Assembly (NCBI RefSeq): GCF_018350175.1
Contig: NC_058368.1
Span: forward strand, 131,194,001-131,258,000
Reading direction: 5' to 3'
DNA: 64,000 nt
Origin: Felis catus
Taxonomy: Eukaryota
The notes below the pieces were generated by a model. The model did no database searches and had not been told where the DNA came from. It saw nothing but the letters and a program-made list of their open reading frames with translations. Shown one piece after another: positions 1-12,228 of this stretch (position 1 is its first letter; each line of letters opens with the position of its first letter). The position numbers were made by a program, and so were the translations under genes.

Positions 1-377
1 TCCTCAAACAACCCTCCGCGGACCTCAAATTCTCACCATTAGAGTGACTCATTACAGTTAGTTTTTCTGCACCTCCAGCATGCTACCTACGAGAGGTGAC
101 ATATTGCATGTCTCAGGTCAGCAGTAATGAGTTTCTAGAATGGGAGAGCCAGTCCCCAGGAGAACCCTGATGTAAGGGGGCACAGCTCTCTCAGGCTGAC
201 CTACTTTATAGTCAGTTATTTACCATATCTTTGACTCAGTTTTTTCATCTGGAAGGAAGGGCTCCTTTTAGGATCATTTTGCAACAATTTAAAACACTTA
301 ACAACCTAATATAATTAAAAACTAATGAGCGATTGCTATTTTTCTTCTGTACTTTTTTCTTTTTAATTTCAAGAATC

Positions 378-549
378 TTAGTTCTCAAACTTTATAATGC
401 ATCAGAATGTAAAGCACAGATTCCCAGGACCCCACCTCAGAGTTTCTGATATAGTAGATCTGAGGTGGATCCTGAGAACGTGTATTTCTAACACGTTTCC
501 AGGAGAAGTTGATGTTGTGGGTCCAGGGACCACATTTCGAGACCCACTG
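378..549. mobile_element. MER5A-like hAT-Charlie MITE
   Basis: TTCTCAAACTT...GCATCAGAAT...CAGAGTTTCTGAT...GGGACCACATTTCGAGACCCACTG resembles the MER5A consensus including both ends. Confidence 0.8.
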
Positions 550-816
550 CTGTGAAATTTAAGACTAGATTTACTTGGTCATACGTCACAGTGAAGAACT
601 GAAAAGTAAATGAACATATTCCCAATTATGCCAAATATTTGTATTGCATCTCAGTTCTTACAAAATTACTCCATAAACTTTTAAAAATCTCCACATGCAC
701 ATCAGCAACATGCAGGGTAATTTATCAGCAGAAATGGTGCTCGGTCATAAATCTATCCCAGGAGGCCTGAACCACAGGTTCCCAGCTGACTACAGGGAAT
801 CATATGTGCTGATTTT

Positions 817-1041
817 TTTTAAATTTTTTAATGTTTTTATTTATTTTTGAGACAGAAAGAGACAGAGCATGAGCAGGGGAGGGGCAGAGAGAGAGGGAAA
901 CACAGAATCTGAAACAGGCTCCAGGCTCCAGGCTCCAAGCTGTCAGCACAGAGCCTGACGCGGGGCTCGAACTCACGGACTGTAAGATCATGACCTGAGC
1001 CGAAGTCGGAAGCCCAACTGACCGAGCCACCCAAGCACCCC
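817..1041 (-). mobile_element. Felid Can-SINE
   Basis: tRNA-derived head, (CT)n, A-tail; TSD CATATGTGCTGATTTT at 801-816 and 1042-1057. Confidence 0.95.
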
Positions 1042-1073
1042 CATATGTGCTGATTTTAAAAGAATCTTCTAAG

Positions 1074-1165
1074 AGAGGTGCCTGCCTGGCTCAGTCAGTA
1101 GAACATGCAGCCCTTGATCTCAGGGTTGTGAGTTCGAGCCCCATCATGACTGTAGAGATTAGTTG
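1074..1165 (+). mobile_element. Short older carnivore SINE (SINEC_c-like, no CT tract)
   Basis: CCTGGCTCAGTCAGTAGAACATGC...GTTCGAGCCCC...GTAGAGATTA; TSD AAAGAATC(T/C)TCTAA at about 1058 and 1166. Confidence 0.85.
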
Positions 1166-1449
1166 AAAGAATCCTCTAAAGCAAAGATTATCCCAAAAGA
1201 GGCCCACAGTTCAATCTATAATCCTTCGAATTCTCCTGCCATTTATGCTGAAGGGTTATATAATGGACAGTTTCCAAAATGGGTTTGTCACTCCTTCATT
1301 CATTTATGCATTCCTTCCTCAAAAACTTTTGTACATCTATTACATGTCAAGGATTATGGTAGAAACCAGGGGAAAAACTCAAAATTTTTGAGGGATCTTC
1401 CAGTCTAAGATGAAAGAAGGGATACATAATTCTGAAAAAAAGTAGACAT

Positions 1450-1660
1450 AATAACTAACATTTGTTGAAATACTAAAGTATATGAAGCATTTTCATATTT
1501 TATCTCCTGTGGTCCTCAGTGGATACCTCAAAGGTAAGTCTCATTCCTGGCTTTACACACAGTTAGGAACACAGGGCTCTGAAACAGTGGATTTTCTCAT
1601 ATCACCCAACTGGTCAGTGATGGAGCCCGGGTGCAGCTCAGGCCTTAAGATTTCAAAGCA
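1450..1660 (-). mobile_element. MIR relic
   Basis: Degenerate similarity to the MIR core in reverse orientation. Confidence 0.55.
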
Positions 1661-2184
1661 CATGCCCTTTGCTCAGCCCTGCAGCGCAGTTCTGACCCTG
1701 CAACGTGGCCCAAGGGTGTCAAAGAGCTAAAGAGGGGAAGGGTTCCAAAGACTGTTGGAGCTTGTGAGAAACCAGTCAACAATTGTAGGAATTAACGAAA
1801 AGACACCTTGGCCAGAAAAAAAAAAAAAAAAAAAAGGCTAAAACATTTCTCTCCAAAGTGCCTTGGGCCATGTTTCTTGATCAAATGTGATACGAAGATG
1901 TTTCTTACAAATTCCCTCTGTGTTTTAGCCTATGAAAGACATTCTATTGCCTTGCCAGCTTTTTCTGTTTTTGCCAATTATATTATTTTCAGCATAATGG
2001 AGAGAAATACAGTTTAAATCCCGTGTCATAGGGGGATTCTGCAAAGGAGCTGTGGTTTCCTCAACAATACAAGAAAGCATATTTAATAGTGTGCGGCCCC
2101 TCCTTCTCTGGCCTTCTAGTTCTCTTCCTATGAAAACACTTATTCTACCTGCTTTTCCCTGAGGACTGCATCCTCGAATTTCCA

Positions 2185-2223
<39 letters not shown>

Positions 2224-2905
2224 AAACAAATGTTGACCTTAAGTGACCCTGTACCACACAGCCTTTCACTGGAAGGCAAGGCCTCCCTGGAGTTCCTGAA
2301 AATAATGAGCCTGATTCTCTGCTAAACGCCAAACAGAACAAAAATGAATGTCCTTCCAAATGCTGAGGAGAGTGCTAGGTTAAGAAGAAACCTGAGGACA
2401 TAGGCCACTCTGCTGACTTTCATGATGCTCAAGTAACTTTCTGCAATCAGCACTCAAGAGACCAGGAGTTCTTCTCCAGGCATTACAGCTCTGGAGCCCA
2501 AGCTTTTTCAAACCTGTCTAATACCGTAGCCAGCCCCCACCAACCCCTAGTCCCCTGTTAAAAGCAAAAGCTGTAATACTTCAGGATGTTGGAATATCAG
2601 AGGATTAATGATTCAGAGATAGGCAATTATGTATTGGCCCAATAACAAACTAATTAAGCAAGTAAAACTGGCCGAGTTGTTATCCTCATTTTATAGCTGA
2701 GTAAAAAGGATCTAGAGAGATTCAATGACTTGTTCAGATGGTTGATTTAGGAGTTAAACACAGACCAGAGAGGTTTCAGTGAAGAAGAAAGAGAGGGGAA
2801 GAGGAGAGGGTGGTGGTAAGACAACAGAGCAAGGAAGGGCTCTTTTGGTAAGTTCACTGGTGTCATAGGACATTTTCCGAACTCATTCAACATATTATCA
2901 TGCCA

Positions 2906-3160
2906 GGGGTGCCTGGGTGGCTCAGTCAGTTAAACGTTCAATTCTTGGTTTTGGACCAGACCATGATCTCACGGTCCATGAGTTTGAGCCTCACATTAGG
3001 TTCCATGTTGACAGTGAAGAGCCTGCTTGGGATTCATTCTCTCGCTCTCTCTCTCTCTCCCTCTCTTTTCTTCTCCCTCTCTCTCTGCCCCTCCCCTATG
3101 CATGCCATCTCTGTCCCACTCAAAATAATAAACAAACTTTTAAAAAATTAAAAAAAAAAT
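2906..3160 (+). mobile_element. Can-SINE
   Basis: GGGGTGCCTGGGTGGCTCAGTC head, CT tract, A-tail; TSD (A/G)TATTATCATG(C/T)CA at 2892-2905 and 3161-3174. Confidence 0.95.
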
Positions 3161-3714
3161 GTATTATCATGTCAAAGTGTGAGGAAGAGTTTGACACGCC
3201 TAAGATTGCTTACTTCCTAAAGGCCTCTGGTAAATTCGTCTGAATTATCTTCACATGAGTTATGCCTTAAAATGAGGTAAGATTTCTCAGATTTAGCTTT
3301 CACTGTTTCTCTAAGACACCCCCAACTCTCCACCCCCAACCCCAAATGGAGCTGGAGCTCTGGTTTCCAGGGTGTCAGAAACTGGAGCAAGTAAAAAATA
3401 AATGCCAGGGGGCTTAGCTACCTCTTCTTTTTCCTGTCAGCCTAAAGAAGGAATCTGGCCATGCCATCATTCAATAAACTGATATCTTTATCGCAGTCTT
3501 TATTACAGAACTATAAAAGATGGTTTCTCATTAAAAGAACATGTAAAAAGCATATCAGCAGTGAAAACAGCACTCAAACCAAAGATAAATGTGTGTGCAA
3601 TAAAGTACAAATGGCTGGATTCATCAGTTTTATGTTTTCTAAAGGATTACCTTATATTAAAACTCCGCGGGTTTCTCAGCTTTATAAAACAAGGAGAGCC
3701 ACCATCTTTCCCAG

Positions 3715-4257
3715 TGTGCATTAGTTAACTTACAGCTCCCTAACAAATCACCCTGAAACCTACACACATAAAACAACAGCATTCATTTCTTTCAAAGTTT
3801 CTGTGAGTCAGGAGTTTGGGAGCAGGTTGACTGAACCACTCTGGCTTGGGGATTCCTGTGAGGCTGCTGTCTGGTGGTGGCTGAGACCAAAGTGCTTGAA
3901 GATTTCTTCCATCACAAGCCTAGGGCCTGAGCGAGGAATAGCTGAACAGGGTCTAGAAGAAATAGAGCTTCTTAGGCATCTCTCTCTATCTCTTTGTGGC
4001 CTCTCCTCATGGTCTTTTCAGGATGGTGGCTTCCAGGTAGCCAGGATTCTTATAAGGCAGCTTAGGGTTGCAAAGATGTGTGCCTTGTGCCATATTACCT
4101 TCTACAAGCAAACCCCTGAAGTCACACAGCGAACTTGTCTCCACATTCTCTAAGTCAAGGTGGAAAAAGGAACTTCCCAACCACTCCGTGAAGGGATGGC
4201 AACATCATATTGAAGAAGAACCTGCGGCATTTTCTATCCTTGGAAAATACAATCCAT
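3715..4257 (-). mobile_element. MLT1-type MaLR solo LTR
   Basis: TTCTGTGAGTCAGGAGTTTGGGAGCAG...TCTGGCTTGGGG...GAAGTCACACAGC...GGAAAATACAATC are typical MLT1F/G/H blocks. Confidence 0.75.
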
Positions 4258-5141
4258 GACATGATGGTTCTTGGAATTCTAAATGGACTCAGTTCAAGGT
4301 TACAAATGAAATCCCACCTGTAGATTTTAGTGGGCTGAATTGGGTTTGCACTTCTAGTTACATCTGTGGGACTCCCCAGCACCTGACATAGGGTTCTATC
4401 CAGAGTGTTTGCTTGGTAAGCATCTATGGCCTAACCATGATGTGTTCCAGGGGGAAAAGAACTAAGCCACAGGCTGGATTCTAGCACTTCTCTGACATGA
4501 GTAACTGTGGGAACAGGTTTAACCTTTCTGTGCTTTGGCTAATATGTGAAATGAAGACCATACTAAGTCCCCTTCCTATATCACACAACTTATGAGAATA
4601 ATTCCTGTATTCGTGGGCCACACAAATTTGAGGCTCTGAGAGGAAAGCTAAAATGGTAGTAGAACTATATTCTCTCTATGATCCCATCTATAGAATTTCA
4701 GAAACACCACATTCAAATTACCGTTAATTCGTTTGGAAAGTTCCAGGGCAATGATTGACTTACACCGTACCCTTTCCTTCTCTACCATTCCTGAATGTGA
4801 TGTTTTAGGATGATGTTATGCTCCAGAGGGAACACCACTAACTGTCTCTATTAGTGCTTATTTTTAAAGGAATGTTTTCTTGTCTCCCCAAGACTCAGCC
4901 ATTGAGCTGTGGCAAAGAGATACCCGCTGGGAAACGCCATCCTGCTTTCAAAATGACTCTTCTCCTTTAACAACAACACCTTGTCAAGGCTCTTGTGTCT
5001 TGACCCCTCTTACTTTTTGGAAGAACTCCTTTCCATTAAGCATTCTGCTCTTCCATGTAAATAGAAACACAGCAGACTTGCCTCACGAGCTCTCCCAGAA
5101 TGACCAGACTTTCTCAATCAGTAGATTCGTCTCCGTTTTGC

Positions 5142-5230
5142 TGATATTATCATTCAGGCAGGTTCCAACTAATCAGGCATAGCTGATTAATGATTTTATC
5201 ATTCAGGCCGGTTCCAACTAATCAGGCATA
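5142..5230. repeat. Direct duplication, 2 x 40 bp, 9-bp spacer
   Basis: TGAT(A/T)TTATCATTCAGGC(A/C)GGTTCCAACTAATCAGGCATA at 5142-5181 and 5191-5230, 38/40 identical. Confidence 0.95.
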
Positions 5231-5519
5231 ACCTGGAGGAGGGTCTAGAGTCAGAGGAAGGAGTGCTGGCATCAGTCAATATCATCAGCCCAAGGCACAG
5301 GGAGAAGGGGATAGCAACAAATCTCATTGTTACCAGAGCTGAGCCTGAGTCAACGGGAAAAGGCACAGCAAGATCCTAGCTTCTAAGTTGAGCCAACTGA
5401 AGGTGACAAGGTGAGAGAGTTGCCAGAACAGTTTGTATGGCAGCAAAGGGCTTGGCTTGGGGATAAGAAAACCAAAATAGAAAATACAGTATGACCCATG
5501 AAAATGCTAAAAGGCTTTT

Positions 5520-6930
5520 CAAATAAAATATTTTTTCTGATTATGAATACATGCTTATTATTTAAAAACTAGGATGGAAATCTACAAATAAAACTTTAAT
5601 TACCTTTTACCCCATTATCCATTGTCAATATTTATATTCATTTCTTTCCAGTCTTTTTCTATGTATGTCCATAGTTTAATGGATAATTTTTAATCTTTGG
5701 TTAGTGCTATAATCTTTCATTATATGAAGGTACCATAATTTCTTTAATCAATACCTTTTTGTTGCAAATTTGAGCTATTTCAGCTTTTCCGTGCCAACTA
5801 TAACACTGGAATGCATCATGGTAGGCAAAATTCTAAGATGGCCTCCAAGAATTTCAGCCCCTTGGGTAGCATATAGTTTGTCCCAGTTATGCATTGTAAC
5901 ATTAATCTTGATACTGCTGTTCAGGAATTTTGCAGATATCATTAAAGTTGCCATATCAGTTGACTCTTGAAGATGGGGAGATTATCCTTGTGGGCCTGAC
6001 CTAATCCCATCCATAAACCCTTTAAATCTGGGTCTAAAGCTCAGTGATAGAGGAAGTCAGAGACTCAAAGTACAAGGGGACTTGACAAATGAGTGTTCAT
6101 TGCTAGAAGGAGTCCCATGGCAAGGAATGTGAGTGGCCTCTAGGAACTGAGACAGTCAGCAAGGAAATGAGGACCTTAGTCCCAGAGCCACAAGGAACTC
6201 AATTTTGCCAACAAGCTGAATGAGGTTGGAAGTGGATTCTTCCTCTGTGTCTCCAGACCAGAACTCAGGGTGAGTGACAATTTAATTTCAGCCTCGTGAT
6301 ACCCTGAGCAGAGAGCCATCTGGTGCCAGACTTCTGACTTGCAGAACTACGAATTAGTAAACAGGGATTGCTTTGAGCTGCTAAGTTTGGGGTAGAGCAC
6401 TAGAAAGCTAATACAGCATCCCTGTGCCCAAAGACGCATATTTCAGATTATTTCTTTAAGATTCATTTCTAGAAGTAGAATTACTAGGACAAAGAATTTC
6501 CATATTTATGATTATATGTGTATTACATCAAATTTTCTCCCATAAAAGTTGTGACAATTTACACACTTAGTAAGTACATATAAAAATTCTTATTTTCTTC
6601 CACTCTTACATGCTCTTATTGTTATTTAAAAAAAAAATCTTTCCAAGTTGACCTATATTTTCTTCTGATGTTCTTACAGTTTCATTCTTAGCATTTAACG
6701 TTTTAATCCATGTAGAATTTATCTGGATGTATAATACATGGTAATAGTTTAACTTTTTAAATTTAATCTCTCATATGGTTATATATTCTCTTATATTGAA
6801 TATCAAATTATTATTTAATAAATCTTATTTTCTTCATGAATTTATGATCCCACCTATATTATACTCTAACCTCTTATATATATCCTAAGGTTTACTTCTA
6901 GTTCACCTATTCAGTTTTACCCATCCTATA
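5520..6930 (-). mobile_element. Ancient L1 (L1ME-like) 3' relic interrupted by an LTR
   Basis: Blocks such as TTTCTAGAAGTAGAATTACTAGG and TTAATCCATGTAGAATTTAT resemble antisense L1M 3' region on both sides of the LTR. Confidence 0.6.
5818..6415 (+). mobile_element. MLT1E-like MaLR solo LTR
   Basis: Starts (A)TGGTAGGCAAAATTCTAAGATGGCC, ends GCTAATACA; 5-bp TSD GCATC at 5813-5817 and 6416-6420. Confidence 0.85.
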
Positions 6931-6940
6931 TTATTATTTA

Positions 6941-7144
6941 AAATTTTTTTTCATTGTTTATTTTTGAGAGAGATACAGCACAAGCAGGGGAGGGGCAGGG
7001 AGAGAGAGTGACACAGAATCTGAAGCAGGCTCCAGGCTCTGAGCTCTCAGCAAAGAGCATGAAGCCGGGCTCAAGCTCACCAACCGTGATATCATGACCT
7101 GAGCCACAGTCGGAGGCTTAAACAACTGAGCCACCCAGGAGCCC
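6941..7144 (-). mobile_element. Can-SINE
   Basis: Reverse-strand head/CT/tail structure; TSD unclear. Confidence 0.93.
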
Positions 7145-7584
7145 TGGTCCCTCCAGTATTATTTATCTGAAGTAATAAATGCTTTGGATGAACATGAAGG
7201 CGACTTCTGTCAACAAAGACTACAACCCATTTGGCCCACCAACGCAAGACGGTTCACAGGAAACATTACAGAAATAGTCAAAAGCAGGAAGGTGACAGCA
7301 GTACAGACATGTCTTTAGAAACGCATTTAGAAATTGGCAGGAAGACCTACTACTAAGTCGCCTTGTGACTTTATTCCCATTGGTCATGTTACTACAAAAG
7401 ACTATCTGTGGATCTAGGACAGACATGGCTCCATTATAGAGAAGGACCTCAGACAGCAGGTGTTTTAAAACTACTCTAGCTCATCTTCTAGCTTACCTTT
7501 TCCTTACTTCATTCAGTTAGATACTTTTAACTGTTGGGTACCTCAGCCCAATGCTCCCTAAAGCTACACAGTACACACGCCCTG

Positions 7585-8300
7585 GGTCTGGGTCTATTAA
7601 CATCGATTTGCTGTTTTTACCCTTAGTAATAGGAATTATTATTTTCGTCTGAATACAGAGCCACCCAGGATAAAGAGAGCATTTCCCAAAATTCTCTGCA
7701 TGTAGATAAAGTCATGTGACTATGTTCTGGCCAATAGCATAAAGGCAAGTGTGTTGTGTGCAGTGAGTGTCCAGTAAGTATTCTTCCTTTTTTTTTGGGC
7801 TATTTATTTATTTTGAGGATTTTTTTTTAGGTTTATTTAATTTATTTTGAGAGAGGGCATGGAGAGAGAGAGGGAGAGAGAGAGAATCCCAAGCAGGGTT
7901 TGAAGCTGTCAGCTCAGTGCCCGTCATGGCGATCAATCCCACAAACCATGAGATCAGCATCCAACCGAAATCAAGAGTCCCAAGCTCAACTGACTATGCC
8001 ACCTAGGTGCCCCTCCAGTAAGTATTATTAAAAAGAAAAATATATTTGCTTTTTCTTTCTTCTTCCTGATGGCTGAACTGTGCATGTGGTGGTTGTAATT
8101 CAGGAAGCACTTTTGGACCATGAGGTGGGAGCCTCATATTGGATATAGAGTAACAACAAAATATCTAATTTTCAAGATGACATTATACAAGCTCCTTAAT
8201 GCTTATCTTCTGTCTTTGCTTATACAAAAGAGAGAGAAATGAGCTTTATTATGTTTAAGTTTCTGGTATTTTGAGTGAAGCAAATTTAATCCTAAATGAT
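7585..8300 (+). mobile_element. MLT1J-like MaLR LTR split by a SINE
   Basis: CATGTGACTATGTTCTGGCCAAT...TTGGACCATGAGG...GAGAGAAAT...TGTTTAAG...TCCTAAATGAT. Confidence 0.65.
7783..8013 (-). mobile_element. Can-SINE
   Basis: TSD TCCAGTAAGTATT at 7770-7782 and 8014-8026. Confidence 0.93.
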
Positions 8301-8552
8301 CATCACTACCATGACCACCACCCATGAGATAGAGTAAGGAATCCTTGGCTATCTCTGATGGTAAAATCTTACTTCCTCCAATTTCCTTACATTGGAGTAT
8401 TCAGTATTCAGAACCTCCCTCCCATTCTCACTTTCAGAAAGCAAAGATTTGGGGAAGAGACAAATTGCTGTGACTTCTTCCCAGCCAGTGCCAAGTTCTC
8501 TGTAACATGGGATTACATAGGTCTCATCATTCAAAAACTTGCTTGATTAACT

Positions 8553-10968
8553 TTTTTTTTCTTTTTTTGCTTTTTGAAGAGATTTTTTTGTTGAATAAAT
8601 TTTTGAAATTTATTGTCAGATTGGTTTCCATACAACACCCAATGCTCATCCCAACAGGTGCCCTCCTCAATACCCATCACCCACCCACCCCTCCCTCCCA
8701 CCCCCCATCAACCCTCAGTTTGTTCTCAGTTTTTGTTTTTTTTTTATTTTTTAATTTTTTTTTCAACGTTTATTTATTTTTGGGACAGAGAGAGACAGAG
8801 CATGAACAGGGGAGGGGCAGAGAGAGAGGGAGACACAGAATCGGAAACAGGCTCCAGGCTCTGAGCCATCAGCCCAGAGCCCGACGCGGGGCTCGAACTC
8901 ACGGACTGCGAGATCGTGACCTGGCTGAAGTCGGACGCTTAACCGACTGCGCCACCCAGGTGCCCCTGTTCTCAGTTTTTAAGAGTCTCTTATATTTTGG
9001 CTGTCTCCCTCTGTAACCTTTTTTTCTCCCTTCCCCTCTCCCATGGTCTTCTGTTAAGTTTCTCAGGATCCACCTAAGAGTGAAAACATATGGTAGCTTT
9101 CTCTGCATGATTTATTTCACTTAGCATAACACTCTCCAGTTCCATCCATGTTGCTACAAAAGGCCATAATTCATTCTTTCTCATTGCCACGTACTATTCC
9201 ATTGTGTATATAAACCACAATTTCTTTATCCATTCATCAGTTGATGGACATTTAGGTTCTTTCCATAATTTGGCGATTGTTGAAAGTGCTGCTATAAACA
9301 TTGGGGTACAAGTGTCCCTCTGCATCAGCACTCCTGCATCCCTTGGGTAAATTCCTAGCAGTGCTATTGCTGGGTCATAGGGTAGATCTGTTTTTAATTT
9401 TTTGAGGAACCTTCACACTCTTTTCCAGAGCGGCTGCACCAGTTTGCATTCCCACCAACAGTGCAAGAGGGTTCCCGTTTCTCCACATCCTCTCCAGCAT
9501 CTATAGTCTCCTGATTTGTTCATTTTAGCCGCTCTGACTGGCGTGACGTGGTATCTGAGTGTGGTTTTGATTTGTATTTCCCTGATGAGGAGTGACGTTG
9601 AGCATCCTTTCATGTGCCTGTTGGTCATCTGGATGTCTTCTTTAGAGAAGTGTCTATTCATGTTTTCTGCCCATTTCTTCACTGGATTATTTGTTTTTCA
9701 GGTGTGGAGTTTAGTGAGTTCTTTATAGATTTTGGATACTAGCCCTTTGTCCGATATGTCATTTGCAAATATCTTTTCCCATTCCATTGGTTACCTTTTA
9801 GTTTTGTTGGTTGTTTGCAGTGCAGAAGCTTTTTATCTTCATGAGGTCCCAATAGTTCATTTTGCTTTTAATTCCCTTGCCTTTGGAGATGTGTCAAGTA
9901 AGAAATTGCTGTGGCTGAGGTCAGAGAGGTTTTTTCCTGCTTTCTCCTCTAGGGTTTTGATGGTTTCCTGTCTCGCATTCAGGTCTTCTATCCATTTTGA
10001 GTTTATTTTTGTGAATGGTGTAATAAAGCGGTCTAGTTTCATTCTTCTGCATGTTGCTGTCTAAGTCTCCTAGCACCATTTGTTAAAGAGACGGTCTTTT
10101 TTCCATTGGATATTCTTTCCTGCTTTGTCAAAGATTAGTTGGCCATACTTTTGTGGGTGTAATTCTGGGGTTTCTATTCTATTCCATTGGTCTGTGTGTC
10201 TGTTTTTGTGCCAATACCATGCTGTCTTGATGATGACAGCTTTGTAGTAGAGGCTAAAGTCTGGTATTGTGATGCCTCCCATTTTGGTATTCTTCTTCAA
10301 AATTACTTTGGCTATTCAGGGTTTTTTTGTGGCTCCATACAAATTTTAGGATTGCTTGTTCTAGCTTCGAGAAGAATGCTGGTGCAATTTTGATTGGGAT
10401 TGCATTGAATGTGTAGATAGCTTTGAGTAGTATTGACATTTTAACAATATTTATTCTTCCAATCCATGAGTATAGAATGTTTTTCCATTTCTTTGTATCT
10501 TCTTCAATTTCCTTCATAAGCATTCTATAGTTTTCAGCATACAGATCTTTTAAATCTTTGATTAGGTTTATTCTAGGTATTTTATGATTCTTGATGCAAT
10601 TGGGAATGGGATCAGTTTATTTGTCTTTCTGTTGCTTCATTATTAGTGTATAAGAATGCAACTGATTTCCATACGTTGATTTTGTATCCTGCGACTTTGC
10701 TGAATTCATGTCTCAGTTATAGCAGATTTTGGTGGAGTCTATCAGGTTTTCCATGTATCGTATCATGTCATCTGCAAAAAGTGAAAGCTTGCCTTCATCT
10801 TTGCCAACCTCTAGCCAGCCTTCTCAAAAAGAAAAGAGAGATGACCCAAATAGTTAAAATCATGAATGAAAATGGAATTATTACAACCAATCTCTTGGAA
10901 ATACAAGCAATTATCAGGGAATACTATGAAAAATTATATGCCAACAAACTGGACAGCCTGGAAGAAAT
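8553..10968 (-). mobile_element. Young felid L1, 5'-truncated with 5' inversion
   Basis: Poly(T) plus L1 3'UTR at left; minus-strand ORF2 pieces ([39 protein letters not shown]); plus-strand ORF2 piece 10806-10968; TSD TTGATTAACT at 8543-8552 and 10968-10977. Confidence 0.95.
8735..8966 (-). mobile_element. Young felid SINE nested in the L1 3'UTR
   Basis: Perfect TSD TGTTCTCAGTTTTT at 8721-8734 and 8967-8980; CpG-rich. Confidence 0.97.
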
Positions 10969-11991
10969 TGATTAACTATTTTGATATAATATACCAAGTG
11001 ATCAATGCAGTCGATTTACAAGTAACACAACAATATTTAGAACTTTAAGTTAGAGAGCAGTGACAAGCCAATAAATAAAAGGCATCTCTGTGATAAAATA
11101 GGATATTAGAATCAGCATATATGAAGGCAATAAAATGTTATTGCCATCAAAGATATATACTGTGTTTAGTTTGAGCTGGACAACAGGGCTCGGTGAATGA
11201 TTAGGGTAAAGAAAGAAAGAGTTAGAGGTATTCCAAGCCCAGACAGTATCTGTGGCTGTTATCTGAACACATCTCGTAGGGGTGTCTGGTGGAGCCATAT
11301 ACAGTTTAATGACAGAGGAAAGGTGATTTAGCAAGGTGGCAGGTAGTATGGTCACCATAGATAAGTCCCTTCCCATTAATCTCCTCCCCTGGGCGGAGGT
11401 AATCTTGTATTCACCTGCAGCTCATGAAAATACAGTATCTAAACATTCAAGTGCCCAAGGTTATCAGAGATCATTAATTTATGCCTTTTTGTGTAAGCTT
11501 ATTCTGTTATATTGTCCTCAGGAAACAAAAACCAAATATGAATCCCTAAAAGAGAGTCCATGTTAAGATTTCAAAGTATTTGTTTATTGCAACACAGCTT
11601 TCTGTCGGGATGATAATGACCTTAAACAGACTAAGTCTTCTGAAGTACCAATACAGACAACCTAAAATTCCAATCCAAGGCAACTGCTCAGAAACTCACT
11701 GATAACATTGTTTCTGATACCCATCAGCACCCTGGCCTTTTAATTATAATTTTGTTTTGTAGGTGCCCTCTATGTGAAGATCTTGTACATGAAACAAATT
11801 GTAATTATAAAAAATGTTTCCTTATTTAAATCATCAAAAAACATATATAATTGCCAAAAACAGTTTCTAATATGTAGAGGCTAATTAGGGTCACCATACT
11901 AGAATAACACAAAAATGAAAAAACAGAAAAGTGATTTCAGTGAATCCTGCAAGGTACTAATTTCATTAAGCTTTTAAAATGACAAGATGCA

Positions 11992-12211
11992 GGGCTCCTG
12001 GGTGGCTCAGTTGGTTGAGCCTCCCATTTGGCTCAGGTCATGATCTCACGGTTCCTGAGCTCTAGCCCTGCGTTGGGCTCTATGCTTACAGCTCAGAGCC
12101 TGGAGCCTGCTTCAGATTCTGTGTCTCCCTCTCTCTCTGACCCTCCCCTGTTCATGCTCTGTCTGTCTCTGTCTCAAAAGTAAATAAACATTAAATTTTT
12201 TCTTTTTTAAA
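11992..12211 (+). mobile_element. Can-SINE
   Basis: TSD TAAAATGACAAGATGCA at 11975-11991 and 12212-12228. Confidence 0.95.
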
Positions 12212-12228
12212 TAAAATGACAAGATGCA

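Noticed and set aside
2186..2221. Long A-run as a retrocopy tail
   Set aside because: No poly(A) signal at a suitable distance and no TSD found; treated as a simple homopolymer.
1925..2359. Longest ORF (144 aa, minus strand)
   Set aside because: It stays open through an A-run giving poly-Phe and has no recognisable domain.
7197..7364. 10-bp inverted repeat AAGGCGACTT / AAGTCGCCTT as MITE ends
   Set aside because: It does not extend, has no TSD, and several such pairs are expected by chance in 64 kb.
9413..10523. L1 ORF2 fragments as a functional reverse transcriptase gene
   Set aside because: Multiple frameshifts, 5' truncation, no promoter or ORF1; the element is dead.
11740..11830. Acceptor-like TTTTGTTTTGTAG followed by CPLCEDLVHETNC
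   Set aside because: Stop after about 21 codons, no complete zinc-finger pattern and no partner exons.
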